From: Octopus bimaculoides
Taxonomy: Eukaryota
Direction: 5' to 3'
DNA length: 40,895 bases
Assembly (NCBI RefSeq): GCF_001194135.2
Contig: NC_068999.1
Coordinates: 38,041,844-38,082,738 of the forward strand
Positions within the stretch are counted from its first letter, which is position 1. Each line of letters opens with the position of its first letter. A program made the translations under genes and the position numbers. Shown here piece by piece: positions 1 to 11,159 of the stretch. The notes below the pieces were generated by a model. That model was not told the origin of the DNA and did no database searches. It saw nothing but the letters and a program-made list of their open reading frames with translations.

Positions 1-41
1 ATATATATATATATATATATAAATCTATATGAAGTACCAAA

Positions 42-299
42 TCAGATGAACTGTTGATTAATTGAAATTATCTGCGAAAGAGAAACAAATTTCTCTCTAC
101 AGATTGCATCGAATTCGGAAACAGCAGGGGAGATAACCTCCTCAGGAATGAAGGTTTCTGTAGCATTAAGATACTCTATGGAAAAAACAGTGTCCATCAC
201 AGGTTGATAATCTGGAGACGAAAGTGCGTAGTCGGACACGTTGCTGCTATACGAAGCGACATGGAGCTTAAAATTGTTACCTTTCGCCTCCCCCGCCAT
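42..299 (-). CDS. Possible coding exon or ORF of unknown identity (acidic, Ser-rich)
   Basis: Non-repetitive frame open from 356 to 42 (about 104 codons), e.g. SDYALSSPDYQPVMDTVFSIEYLNATETFIPEEVISP; a possible cag acceptor lies just before the ATG. A competing plus-strand acceptor (tttctctctacag, ending about 101) with an open frame also exists. No homology recognised. Confidence 0.2.
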   Translation of the reverse strand: MAGEAKGNNFKLHVASYSSNVSDYALSSPDYQPVMDTVFSIEYLNATETFIPEEVISPAVSEFDAICREKFVSLSQIISINQQFI

Positions 300-434
300 C
301 TGAGGCCGAGTTGATATCAGACTCAGTTTTTGATTTCTACTATTTTCGTTGATGTGTCATAAATTCAAATGCTGGCATTTTGAGTTTAATGTACAATTCA
401 TAAGACATTTACCCATGTCACACATATAGTTTAA

Positions 435-530
435 GTCAACCTGAAGCTATAGTAAAAGACACTTGCCCAAGATATTACAAGGTGGATTCGAACTCAGAAT
501 CATGTAACCGCAAAATAGATAACTTAAAAG
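435..530 (-). mobile_element. SINE-B (tRNA-type Octopus-like SINE), 5' head fragment
   Basis: gctatagtaaaagacacttgcccaag...gattcgaactcagaatcatg matches the reverse complement of the head seen in other SINE-B copies in this window. Confidence 0.6.
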
Positions 531-544
531 TTTTTTTCTAAATC

Positions 545-760
545 CGGGAAGGAGGGAGGGGAGACATAAGAAGAGAAGGAGAAAGAGGGAGGAAAATAGA
601 GAGGAGATAGAGAGTGGAGGCGATAGGGGCAAGAGAGAGAGAGATAAAGGCGCCAAGGAAGAGAGAGATGACAGGGAGAATGAGAGTAGCAAGAAAGGGG
701 CGAGAAAAAGGGAGAGGGAGAGAGAAAGAAAGAGTGAGTGAGAGAGAGAGAGAGTGTGAG
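545..760. repeat. GA-rich low-complexity tract
   Basis: Purine-only run; source of the spurious Leu/Ser ORFs 447-803 and 524-820. Confidence 0.9.
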
Positions 761-2056
761 AGTTAACATTCTCTCGTTGAACGAAATTCTTCCGGAAATG
801 CACTTTCGCGCTGCCGCCAAATTAGTGCAGACGAGTGTACTGGAATGTAAGAAGAGTTTGTTATCAATTTGAAATCTTGAAGGCAGAAGTTCCCACGAGA
901 CAGGAAAACAACTACAAAATGAATTTATATTTTATTCAGATGATTTGTATTATATTCAAGTGAGAAACATCTTGTTTGGCTTTCGACTTCATAAATATAT
1001 AATTAGTTGTTTAATATGCGTCTTCAATACAAACACTAAGCAAACAGCAACATTTACAAAAATAAAGCATAAAATAAAAAAAAAATAACAATTGTTGATT
1101 AATATTTATATTGTACAGAAATGTGGCATTCAATGTTTGAATCAGCAGAATATGCGAAAATACTACGTCTCTTAACACGACCAGTTCAAATTTCGACTTT
1201 ACTGCTCGACCTGCTGCAAATGATAAAGTGTTTATCAGAGAATATTAATTAAAGTCTAATTGGGGAGAGCATCTAAACGAGGGCATTTTGACCTTTGTGT
1301 AGCTTACCATCGCTTCTTGTGTTTAAATGGCTCTTATTGGGCAACTCTCATTTTTGATGCCAAAATACTAATCTTGGTTATGTTTTCTTTTCTTTTTTTT
1401 ACTATTTGTGTCTTAAATACCTGATCTCTGTAGATAGAGAGTTTCTCTAGATTTTTAATAATCGTTCATATTTTATACGTAGACCCGTATAACCTATGAT
1501 CGTTTTTCTACGATAGTAGATATATTTTTAGTCGACGTCCAAAATAATTTTCTATATTACTTATTTCCGTTAAATCTTTTATATCTAACGCTTAAGATCT
1601 TTTCCGTCTTTGGATCCTGTTTTCAGTTGACTTTAAGAAATAATATTTTTACTGGTAATTCCTTGGTTCCGTTGGAAAAAAAAATCTTGCATCCGATATT
1701 GATTTTCCTTTTACATCTTCTTATTTCATAACTCACCGCCCGCCGTTCAGATTATTCAACTCTGTTATTATTTAAATCTCATATACTCTCAGTACTAAAT
1801 TAAATTACAAATATCCTGTTCCCTAAACAGAAACCCAGCTTATAAATAGCCTTTTCCATTTCTTTAATTTTCCTTCGTTTACGTTTCATCTTATATCTTT
1901 CTTTACATAAAGCATTTTCTTTTATCATTGAAGATATGATATTGGTTGTCGTTCTAAGCAGCCTATAAAAATCTCATACTTTCTAATAATCGTTCATTCT
2001 TCCCTCCAACAACACTGGCTGCCTTAAAAATTGTTTCTACTACATGCACAAGGCCT

Positions 2057-2257
2057 GAATTGTTGACGAAGGGACCAAATCGATTATATCAACACAAGTG
2101 CAGAGCTGTTGTATTTAAAGTACTGGGCTCAGGTATGCTATTATGTTCGGATCATTTTGTGTCTATAATCAAATCATTTCATGATGAGATGGAAACTCGG
2201 GTCAATGTTGGTGGTGGCATAGTGGGACCCATTCCTGTAGAGAATGGGGTCAAGCAG
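2057..2257 (+). mobile_element. RTE-clade LINE reverse transcriptase fragment (decayed)
   Basis: LTK...SDHFVSIIKSFHDEMETRVNVGGGIVGPIPVENGVKQ matches the RTE RT consensus DLTKAFD...KFVxIIRSFHDGMxARV...PFPVxNGVKQG. Confidence 0.85.
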
Positions 2258-2487
2258 ATTTTTACACTTCCATTTATGTCTTGGATCTGTTGTCCCCGAA
2301 TTATCATTCCCTTTCTGGTTTTGAGAAGCCTAATTTCTCAAGATTGGTATTTAGACTGTGTGTTATATATCCCAGGTTCTCAATAATTACAGGTATAAAC
2401 CTGAACTTGTAATCTGGAGAGAGTAACTGCAGATTTCTTAATAGTCCAGCATAAGAATTCTCTTTTTCACTGATCTTCAGCTTTACG
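2255..2487 (-). mobile_element. RLE-type (R2-group) non-LTR retrotransposon, C-terminal fragment
   Basis: Frame 2486->2307 reads VKLKISEKENSYAGLLRNLQLLSPDYKFRFIPVIIENLGYITHSLNTNLEKLGFSKPERE, then a shifted frame IIRGQQIQDINGSVKI. This resembles the EKxxxYxxL...IPIIIGALG tail of RLE domains. Confidence 0.75.
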
Positions 2488-2535
2488 TATGTATGTATGT
2501 ATGTATTTATGTATGTATATATGTATGTACGTATG
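2488..2535. repeat. (TATG)n microsatellite abutting the RLE fragment
   Basis: gtatgtatgtatgt... seen directly. Confidence 0.9.
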
Positions 2536-3622
2536 CACTCAATGCATGAATCAGAGCTGTCTGCATTTAGATTTTAGTACATTTATGTCAATGTATGTGC
2601 GTGTATGTGTGTAGGTACGTGTGTGAGAGAGAAGGAAGGGGTGATAGAGTGCGTATCAGACAGACTCTAATGGCCCCTAGTGATCATAATTTCATGCCTC
2701 AACAAGCTCTCTTCAGTCAATCAACTTTCCGTCCCTGGTCGAAGAGAGTGAAGTGAGAGATTGTGGACGTCGATAGTGTTGACGTTCTAAACACACATTC
2801 GAGCAAAACGAAGCTGTCCGTTTACTCACTGAGAGTCGAACAACCTATTAACATTTTGTGTTAAGTGTACTCACACCATGATATCATATCGATGAACAAA
2901 TTTGTTGGAATATATCGGCAGGGCGGTTAGAATTTCATCATTTATTCAGTGATTTCAAATTATGCAAATATCGACGTTCGTTATGCTTCAGTGTTGGTTG
3001 TGATAAATACCAGTAATATATTGTGAATAGAATAGATCAGACGATAATACTCCGCCTCCTTTTATAGCTATTGCATACTGATATGTTAATATAAATCATC
3101 AACAGAAGTAAGCAGTGAACCTTGAAATCGATAGATTCGACTACAGCACCACTGATGCCATGCGTTGTAATGGCAAATCCAGCCGAACGCGTATTTTGGA
3201 TTTCATCTGTGGAGGATCGATACGAAAAATGTGCCATTTTATTATATTCAACTGAAACGAATTTAGTTATTTGCCAGCCTTCAAATATATATACTCTTGT
3301 ACACAAGTAAAGAAAATAAAAAGAGAATAAATAAATATGCCGAAACGCTCGAATTGATAGAAATTCTGTCTAAATAAACATATTCGGCAAATTATCAGAA
3401 TCGTTGGTTCATCGGACGAAAGGCTTGGCGGATTTTGCTCCGGCTTCTTTCATACTACGTTTAGTTCCTATTGAGATCAATTATATCGTTCATGATCATC
3501 CCATGGTCGGCAAATAAGACATCACTTTCAATAATAGTTACGTTGCTAGACCTGTTTTAAATTTGTAATTTAATATATATGGCTATAGCCTTTGGGTTTA
3601 AAGATATGAAAGAACAAAAGAG

Positions 3623-3664
<42 letters not shown>

Positions 3665-3689
3665 CATATATAAATTATGAGGAACGCTC

Positions 3690-3890
3690 AGGTGGTGATT
3701 GGGTTAAATAGCGCGTTGGACATAATAGTGATATTTCTTCCGACTCTTTAGGTTCCGAGTTCAAAGGCTGAGTTTAGCTGTCATACTTACGATGTCGATA
3801 AAAAAAAAGCAGCATGCGAGTACTGGGGTCAATGTAGTCAGCTTGCCCTTCCACTAGAATTACTGGCCTTGTATCAAAATTTGAAAGAAT
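3690..3890 (+). mobile_element. SINE-A (tRNA-type Octopus-like SINE), diverged
   Basis: B-box-like gagttcaaag, central gtcgataaaa...gtactggggtcaatgt and 3' end ggccttgtatcaaaatttgaaagaat. Confidence 0.75.
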
Positions 3891-4489
3891 AACTGAACAA
3901 TGCCGAAACTCTCGATATCCCAGTTACATCAATGCTTAAATAAGACATGCTGTTCGCTTAGAAACATGAACAAAAAGGTAAAAAATAAAAGAGAAAAAAT
4001 CTTGCATGAATTCGTTGTTCATTTATGTTAAAACCGCAAACTTCGCAAACAGTGAGCTGTGCTTCTCTAAAAACTGCTTGAATTCTTCATGTAACAGAAG
4101 TTTGATCTTTCCGTTCGTTTCTGGCTAAAAACGGTAATATTACAAGACTACTGCTCTTTTAATGAAAGTCATGTTAAACCTAACTGCACAAAAAATAAAA
4201 AAGAAGATATGTGTTTTTTTTTCCTTTTCCTTTGTTCATTATTTTCTATTATCTAATCAAGCAATTGTAGATACGTCACGAGTACGAAACTACACAATCG
4301 CATGACTCAAGTTACCTCTAAACTTAATTTTATATAATTCTTTCTTTGCGTTTCATTAGTCACAGCCCACCACGGTTACTACATTGCTTGCCTTCCATAC
4401 TTCCATACCTTAATTCGTTGCAGTAATTCTTATTAAGTCTATTGTTACATTTCAAATTCCTAAAATTGGATTCTTTTCTTACTTTTTTT

Positions 4490-4850
4490 TTTACTTGTTT
4501 TAGTCATAAGACTGCAGCCATGCGGGAGCAGCGTCATGAAGCATCAACAAATCTATTTCTGGTGTTCTTTTGTTAAGTCTGATATTTATTCCATCCATGA
4601 CTTATACCGAACCTCTATGTTACGTGGTGTCAACAAACCAACACCGGATGTGAAGCGGTATCATGGAAAGCACACGCACGCATGCATGCACACATACACA
4701 TCCGCACACGCACGCATGCATGCACACACACACACACATGCACGCGCACGCACACGCATATGTACATACATGCATACACACGCATATATGTACACGACGG
4801 GTTTCGACACAGTTTTCTGCTGAAGAAATCCACTCACAAATCATTAATCA
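4490..4850 (-). mobile_element. SINE-B with internal (CA/CG) microsatellite, head truncated
   Basis: ttacttgttttagtcataagactgcagccatgc (tail), central (CA)n, then tacacgacgggttt...aaatccactcacaa. Confidence 0.8.
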
Positions 4851-5189
4851 ATGAATCGACCAATGATTCAGATTTATTCCACAAGCGAATAAACCATAGC
4901 ATCCGTCCACCTGACATTGTAGTGTTTACCTGTAATTAGACAAGATCAGATATCAGTAATTAGTGTCGGCTGAATTTTGCATCGATTCCTTTCATGATTT
5001 CGAGGCCTTATAAGTAAAAGAAATCAGATATTAATATTTCTAAAATAAGAAATGTGGAGACGTCATGTAGTAAACAAAATTATACAACATGTTTCTATAA
5101 TGATAGAAATAACATTTTATAAAATTGAAAAAAATATAAAGAAGTAAAAATACAATTGGATTTATTTTCTACTGAAATTCAGAAGTGCC

Positions 5190-5272
5190 CTCTCCCCGTC
5201 TCCGCTCTCCTCAGCTCCCCTCCCCCTCTCTCCCCTCCCCTCTCTCCCCTCTAAATCTCACCCCTCCCTTCA
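5190..5272. repeat. C-rich/pyrimidine low-complexity tract
   Basis: Runs of ctcccc seen directly. Confidence 0.85.
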
Positions 5273-5284
5273 TTTATTGATTAA

Positions 5285-5545
5285 TTGTTACTGTACTCCA
5301 CATAGACCTGATGACCCGACAAATAGTCCGCCAGCCATCCTTTCATGTTGTTTCTTTAAAAGGTGTGGAGTATTTTGTTTATCTGTGAATAGCGGTGAAT
5401 AGAGACAAATGCTTTCCTGATTTTTTGTAACTATGGTAGATTTAAGATGGCGCATATTTCGTTTGTGTTGTCGTTGAAGCCAGTCTGTCTTTCTTCCATG
5501 CCTAAGATTTGTAAATAGTGTGGTGGCTTCAGTGCAGTGTATGTA
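5285..5545 (-). mobile_element. Decayed LINE RT fragment (APE-type, clade uncertain)
   Basis: RKAFVSIHRYSQINKILHTF*RNNMKGWLADYLSGHQVYVEY resembles SKAFDTVxH...KRWLxNYLxGRQxxV; a GFN motif lies upstream in a shifted frame. Confidence 0.6.
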
Positions 5546-5638
5546 ATTCGTATTTTTAAGATAAAATGAAAAATATGTGTACGTATTTAGAATATTTTAA
5601 CCAATGCAGCCATGAGGTGAATGTTTTTGTGTGAAGGT

Positions 5639-5880
5639 GCTTCCGTAGAAATATTAAGTTTCTTATATGTTCAGTGCTTCTATGAGGCTAATATTTCTCT
5701 ATGATGATGTTTCCGTAGAAATACTATTTATATTTCTTATATAGTTAAGGGCCTCTATGATAGGATAATGTCTCTACGAGCTTCTGTAGTTATACTGTTT
5801 GTGTTTCTAGGGTTTTTAAAGGCCTTTATGAAAAAGTTCTGTTTCTGTGAACTTGTGCTTCTGTAAAAATACTTTTGTCT
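5639..5880. repeat. Degenerate 70-77 bp tandem repeat, 3 copies plus a partial fourth
   Basis: Units start at 5639 gcttccgtagaaatatt, 5709 gtttccgtagaaatact, 5780 gcttctgtagttatact and 5857 gcttctgtaaaaatact. Confidence 0.7.
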
Positions 5881-5990
5881 TTTGCATGTTTCAGTCATTG
5901 GACTGCGGCCATGCTGGGGTGTTACATTTAAGTGATTTAATCGAATGAATCGACCTCAGTAGTTGAGTATAGTTCAGCCAGGTACTTATT
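5878..5990 (-). mobile_element. SINE-B 3' tail fragment
   Basis: tcttttgcatgtttcagtcattggactgcggccatgctgggg...aatcgacctcagta...ggtacttatt. Confidence 0.85.
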
Positions 5991-6095
5991 CCATGTGAGT
6001 TCGAGTTCATTCGCCCTGCGAAGAACCCTAGGCAGATGTATTCTGCTATAGCGCCAGAATGTCGTAGACAGAAACAGTGTGGAAACCCAGTACTA
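5991..6095 (+). mobile_element. SINE-B head fragment in the opposite orientation
   Basis: ccatgtgagttcgagttc...ctaggcagatgtattctgctatagc...gtagacagaaacagtgtggaaaccc resembles the SINE-B head. Confidence 0.6.
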
Positions 6096-7658
6096 GCGAT
6101 TAAGTTATACAAATTTTACAGAAAAGAGGAGCAATGCCACGCAGTATGCCTTTGTCAGAGAGAAGAACTTCAATAAAGTGGAGTGCAGCACGAAAGCCAA
6201 AGGAAAATAGTGTAAGTGCCCAAGACACAGGCGTTCTTGGATTAGTCCTTTAAAGTATTGAATATAATTAAGACTGCGAAAAAGAATTTGATTATTTCTA
6301 ATTTAAGCTCAAGTGTCTACATTTATGCGGAAGCTTATAGACGAATTTATCGATCACAGTCGTTGACTGGCACTTACGCCGCGCCCGGAAGGATAAAGAG
6401 AGATGCTAACGCAACTGTTTTCTGACAGTTCTTTCTTTGGTAGTTTATGTGGGCGTCTGAGAAAGCTCGGCTGAGGGGGATTTAGATGACAACATTTGCG
6501 ACGAAGGCATTTTGACAAAAGATTAAGATACAAGAATGTATTGTTAAATTTAAGAAACGTGAACTTTTAAGACTTGGCATTCGTCTGTTACTACTTTTAT
6601 CATTTCTCTTAAAATTCTTTTAAGTTTGTATTTCCATTCCTTATGGAAAGGACAGAACGGTTTATGTTTGAAGTTTACGAAATCGATTTTATATCTGACT
6701 TGTTTGCTTCAATGATTATAGTGCACAACTATTTATAATGTTTACCCTTTCAATCACAGTATTAGCGATCAGGTCTTGTTAATACGGTCTACAATTTCAT
6801 CCCCTAGAGCAATTATAAAGTGCGCGCGTGCGCGCGTGTATTTCTATTTGTCTGTGCATACAGACGCAGATATATGGAATATTGCAAATATTTTTCGTAT
6901 ATTTACTTCCATTTATGAACTGATATTTCAATCATGTTTGCGTTTAATTTTTGATTTATTTTAATATTTTTTATTTCAGCAAAAACAAACAATAATCTAC
7001 GTTTGTTTATAATTATCAAAATATGTGAAGGTGGGCATATTTAATATGGCTGAATGTTTAACAAGTTAGATTTGTAGACATGAGGTCTCAGATTTGACCG
7101 CACTGTTTCGTATCTTGGGCGTAGTTTCTCTCTTTTTTTTTTTTATTTGGCGGGCGGTGAATAGCTTAGGTTTAACTGAAGCCCTTCTGTTGAAATGACA
7201 AAATGGCAAAACACGAACAGTGAGTTACAGCTGAACCCTTTTCACTGAAACACGCTGATTACGAGGATCCCATGACGTCCCAGAGAATTGCGTTATATTT
7301 ACATGATCCCGTATTCTACATCCGAACAAAGTTTGTCACTGGTATTTAGTGCCACAGTTTGCATTTCTAACTGATGTGAATATTCACCAGAGACTGTTAC
7401 AGTCTGACACGAACACAAAGTGTCAAGTCTATAATTTCATTTAGCACTGCATTGTCTGGTGACTGATAAATATTTATGCACTCCACTCTACAGATGATTA
7501 TGTGCGTGTAGCTACGTGTACGTCATAGATGTTTATCTATGCCTGAAGCCAATACATAGACAAACATACACCCGTGCATATATACACATATTCACATGTA
7601 CATATTTATATATATGTGTGTGCGCGTCTGTGTATATGTATATATACATACACACACA

Positions 7659-7748
<90 letters not shown>

Positions 7749-8222
7749 NNNNNNNNNNNNNNNNNNNNNNNNNNNNNNNNNNNNNNNNNNNNNNNNNNNN
7801 NNNNNNNNNNNNNNNNNNNNNNNNNNNNNNNNNNNNNNNNNNNNNNNNNNNNNNNNNNNNNNNNNNNNNNNNNNNNNNNNNNNNNNNNNNNNNNNNNNNN
7901 NNNNNNNNNNNNNNNNNNNNNNNNNNNNNNNNNNNNNNNNNNNNNNNNNNNNNNNNNNNNNNNNNNNNNNNNNNNNNNNNNNNNNNNNNNNNNNNNNNNN
8001 NNNNNNNNNNNNNNNNNNNNNNNNNNNNNNNNNNNNNNNNNNNNNNNNNNNNNNNNNNNNNNNNNNNNNNNNNNNNNNNNNNNNNNNNNNNNNNNNNNNN
8101 NNNNNNNNNNNNNNNATATATATATATATATATATATAAACACATATATATATTCACGTATGCACAGTCATGGTTATATTCGTAAACAGCTATATATACA
8201 TTAACATGTACACAGACACAGA

Positions 8223-8265
<43 letters not shown>

Positions 8266-9139
8266 AGAGACGCACACACACACACACACTCACACACAAA
8301 TATCCCCTTCTATATGCTTATATATTTACACTTTATTGATAGATGCGACATTGTGAGTGGGCATGCGCAAGACAAGTGACAGTCTATCAAGCCGAAACTA
8401 TCGATTTCTCAATTTGATGTTCTCAAGCCACTCTATCTGCACTAATGTTATGGCTTCTGTTATATTTCCATATCTCAGTGCGTTGTTTGTTGCAGAAATG
8501 TTGACATAAACGGATTATATATCCTTGTTCGAGCTCATTTCAAATATGAAATTTAATACCGAGCGTTTTTGTGATTCATAGATATAAATATTTTTTTTCT
8601 TTTGTATTTTTCCCTCTCTCTCTCTCTCCAAAATAATGGTTACTATCATTCTGAAGGAAAGTTATGATAAAAAAAAACATACATAATGTAGAATCGTCAA
8701 TGATTCTACTTACTGCCTATTATTGGTCTGGAATTCGTGTTTGGAAATGATTTAGCTTATATCAATAAATCGCAATGTATAGACGTCTGCGAAAATGAAT
8801 CCGTGCAGAACATCTAATGCTGATACGGAGTCGTTTTTGTAAATGGTACTAGACTGAAGGTTATCAAAAGCCTGTCCTGTTTTCATTGATGTTAGCGGAT
8901 ACTTAGGTATTTATCATGTGACGTGTTGAGAAGAGTAAACGATAGTGTTACCTTTTCCAGGATCTCGTGATGATTGTCTTCACAAACACATAGACTGCTC
9001 AATTGTCTGAGAATACTAGATTACATTATATTAGAACACGGCAGAGAATAACGACGTTTTGTTAGGAGGTCTATCACGTTTATTTGTGAGCTTATTGTAG
9101 TTGTGTAATTTATTTGAAAACTATTCTACATGCATACAG

Positions 9140-9186
<47 letters not shown>

Positions 9187-9829
9187 TCGTGTATTCATAA
9201 GCAGTGGAAAGGCAGAGTCAATATGAAGTTGGATAGAAATATCTTGTGATAGACTTCCGGTCCTCTGAGTTCAAATTGCATTGTGGCCACGTGTAGAGAT
9301 CTATAAAGTTCTAGCGTCAATTCTTCTTTCTTTCTTCTTCACTTTTTTCTTCCATTTCTCCCCATTTCGCTCCCATTCTCTATTTCTCCCTACAGATGTC
9401 TAACAATTCTGAGTAACTCACAAGATGGTGACCTATAAATGTCATCAAAAGAAAGACATCACTTTTGAACTGTTGCAGGAAAATTCCAAGGCAAAAGAAT
9501 AACTGTGACTAAAGATCGCAACGTTCATTGACATGATGATGTCCAATGAAGAAGAGCGGGTATACATTCAAGCATACGTTTACAGTATAGAATTACTTAT
9601 TTACATTAATACATACACATACATCACAAGGTTATTTAATAAAATTAATTATATAAAACATTCTAAATACAGGAGAAATATATTCCCTGTATTGAAATTC
9701 AAAGTCTATAGTGCATCGTTTTCTATTACACACACATACATAGATTTCTGTGTGTTTGTGTATGTTTGATGTCTTGACTTGTGCATGACATGAATTTAAG
9801 CGGATAGTTGTGCAACGTCATCTGCCTCG

Positions 9830-10030
9830 CTCTATCCACCCGTCCTGTCTGATTCTAGTCACTGGACGAGGTCGACAGAACCAGAAATAAGTCGAGATGT
9901 AGCGGATGGCCATTGTATCCTTCGTGAGACACTGTGCCCTGTCCGCTCCACATAATGCTTGCTGCTCCGCCTTCGTGCCCTTTGAATCGGTTTGGTGGTT
10001 TCCTGCGCACCGTCCGCCGGGTTTACTGTT
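9830..10030 (-). mobile_element. Possible RTE ORF C-terminal remnant
   Basis: GC-rich; the shifted frames GRCAGNHQ / NRFKG / ALCGADRAQC loosely resemble GKRxxGGQKKRFKD...AxDRxxW; weak. Confidence 0.35.
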
Positions 10031-10210
10031 CACATGCATCGGCTGCAAATCCCTAACTCGCTGACCAAACACTCGCAAATGTCCTCTTTAATGTTTTCAT
10101 TCAGCACATGGAAGGCGGCCATCGGCCTGAGAGTCAGTATGGCCCAGAGATGGTCTTTGCTGCAAGCCAACTTCAGAAGTATCATGAACAGAGCAAGGAC
10201 CTATACACGA

Positions 10211-10213
<3 letters not shown>
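10031..10213 (+). mobile_element. RTE (BovB-like) RT fragment, domains 1-3
   Basis: LADQTLANVLFNVFIQHMEGGHRPESQYGPEMVFAASQLQKYHEQSKDLYTMFV matches IAGKILARVLLNRL..HL..G.LPESQCG...DMIFAARQLQEKCREQ.KDLY..FV. Confidence 0.85.
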
Positions 10214-10295
<82 letters not shown>

Positions 10296-10310
10296 GTGTG
10301 CGTGTGTGCG
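10214..10310. repeat. (TG)n microsatellite
   Basis: Seen directly. Confidence 0.97.
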
Positions 10311-10740
10311 TATGTGCCTGTATTTTGTATTTGGTACAAAAGATCACGAAGAAGAGGTATAAGAACAAAGTCTATGTATTAGTTTGAAGCGCAGAAAAAC
10401 TGGAAGAAGCCATTAATGATTCCTGCTTACGCTTTTCAACAGAAATGATTGACGAGGAGAAACAAAAGAATGAAGAGAAAAAAAACGTGCATTAAACGGT
10501 CGCTGCAGAATATATAATCCAAGCTTTGTTCTCGTGAAAAACATTCCTGTAAACAAATGTTTGTATGCAGATGTTTTATTCTCAATCAGAAGGCCGTGCA
10601 TACGGGTTGAAAGTTCTGGTGAACCATAATAGTTGTTGACTAAGCATGTGCAAATAAAGAATGGATAATTTGGTACATTTCTAATGCCATATTTCATGTC
10701 TTCATTATAGCATAGGAAATACATTAGAATAATCATTATG

Positions 10741-10743
<3 letters not shown>

Positions 10744-10787
<44 letters not shown>
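10744..10787. repeat. (TAA)n microsatellite 5' of the Dong-like element
   Basis: Seen directly. Confidence 0.97.
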
Positions 10788-10788
<1 letters not shown>

Positions 10789-11135
10789 GGAAGGGTACCC
10801 CTATCCTCCTGAAAAAGGAAGGCATAAAGATAGATAAATACAACCCTCTTAAGTAAGAAATAGCCCGGCTATGGAAAATGAAGAAAGTGAAGATAGTGCC
10901 AATTATTGTTGGGTCCTTGGGAACAGTGCCAGATGGCATCAAGAGGAATATAAAGGAAATTGGAATAGAGGACCCAGTAGAACTGTTGCAAAAGGTTTGC
11001 ATCCATGGCATGACCAGAATATTCAGGAAAGTATTAGAAAGCTGAAAAGAACGAATAGCATGGTACCGTAGCTGCAAGTAGTAAGCCCTCTATGCATGCA
11101 AGTCTCCAGGAGCACCACCAACACCTCTGACAAAA
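10788..11135 (+). mobile_element. 5'-truncated R4/Dong-like RLE non-LTR retrotransposon (end of endonuclease plus 3' UTR)
   Basis: Frame 10812-11045: KKEGIKIDKYNPLK*EIARLWKMKKVKIVPIIVGSLGTVPDGIKRNIKEIGIEDPVELLQKVCIHGMTRIFRKVLES*, with one internal stop at 10854. It matches the R4/Dong C-terminus (EKIxKY.DLK.EI.RLW...VVPIV.GALG...LLQK...LGTARILRKVL) and has (TAA)n on both sides. Confidence 0.88.
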
Positions 11136-11159
11136 ATAAATAATAATAATAATAATAAT
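11136..11159. repeat. (TAA)n tract shared by the Dong-like tail (+) and the Tx1-like tail (-)
   Basis: Seen directly. Confidence 0.95.

Noticed and set aside
1320-2030. Purine-rich minus strand resembling a LINE linker region
   Set aside because: No diagnostic motif could be recovered.
3037-3310. Overlapping ORFs on both strands in unique sequence
   Set aside because: No recognisable motif, and the splice sites are weak or incompatible.
5190-5272. Potential G-quadruplex on the minus strand
   Set aside because: Indistinguishable from ordinary low-complexity sequence in this repeat-rich context.
8952-9006. 55-nt minus exon candidate RQLSSLCVCEDNHHEILEK
   Set aside because: Too short, and no phase-compatible neighbour was found; could be chance.
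10030-10200. Minus-strand exon-like frame VLALFMILLKLACSKDHLWAILTLRPMAAF...CSRCM* after tatag
   Set aside because: It is the antisense of the RTE RT remnant on the plus strand.
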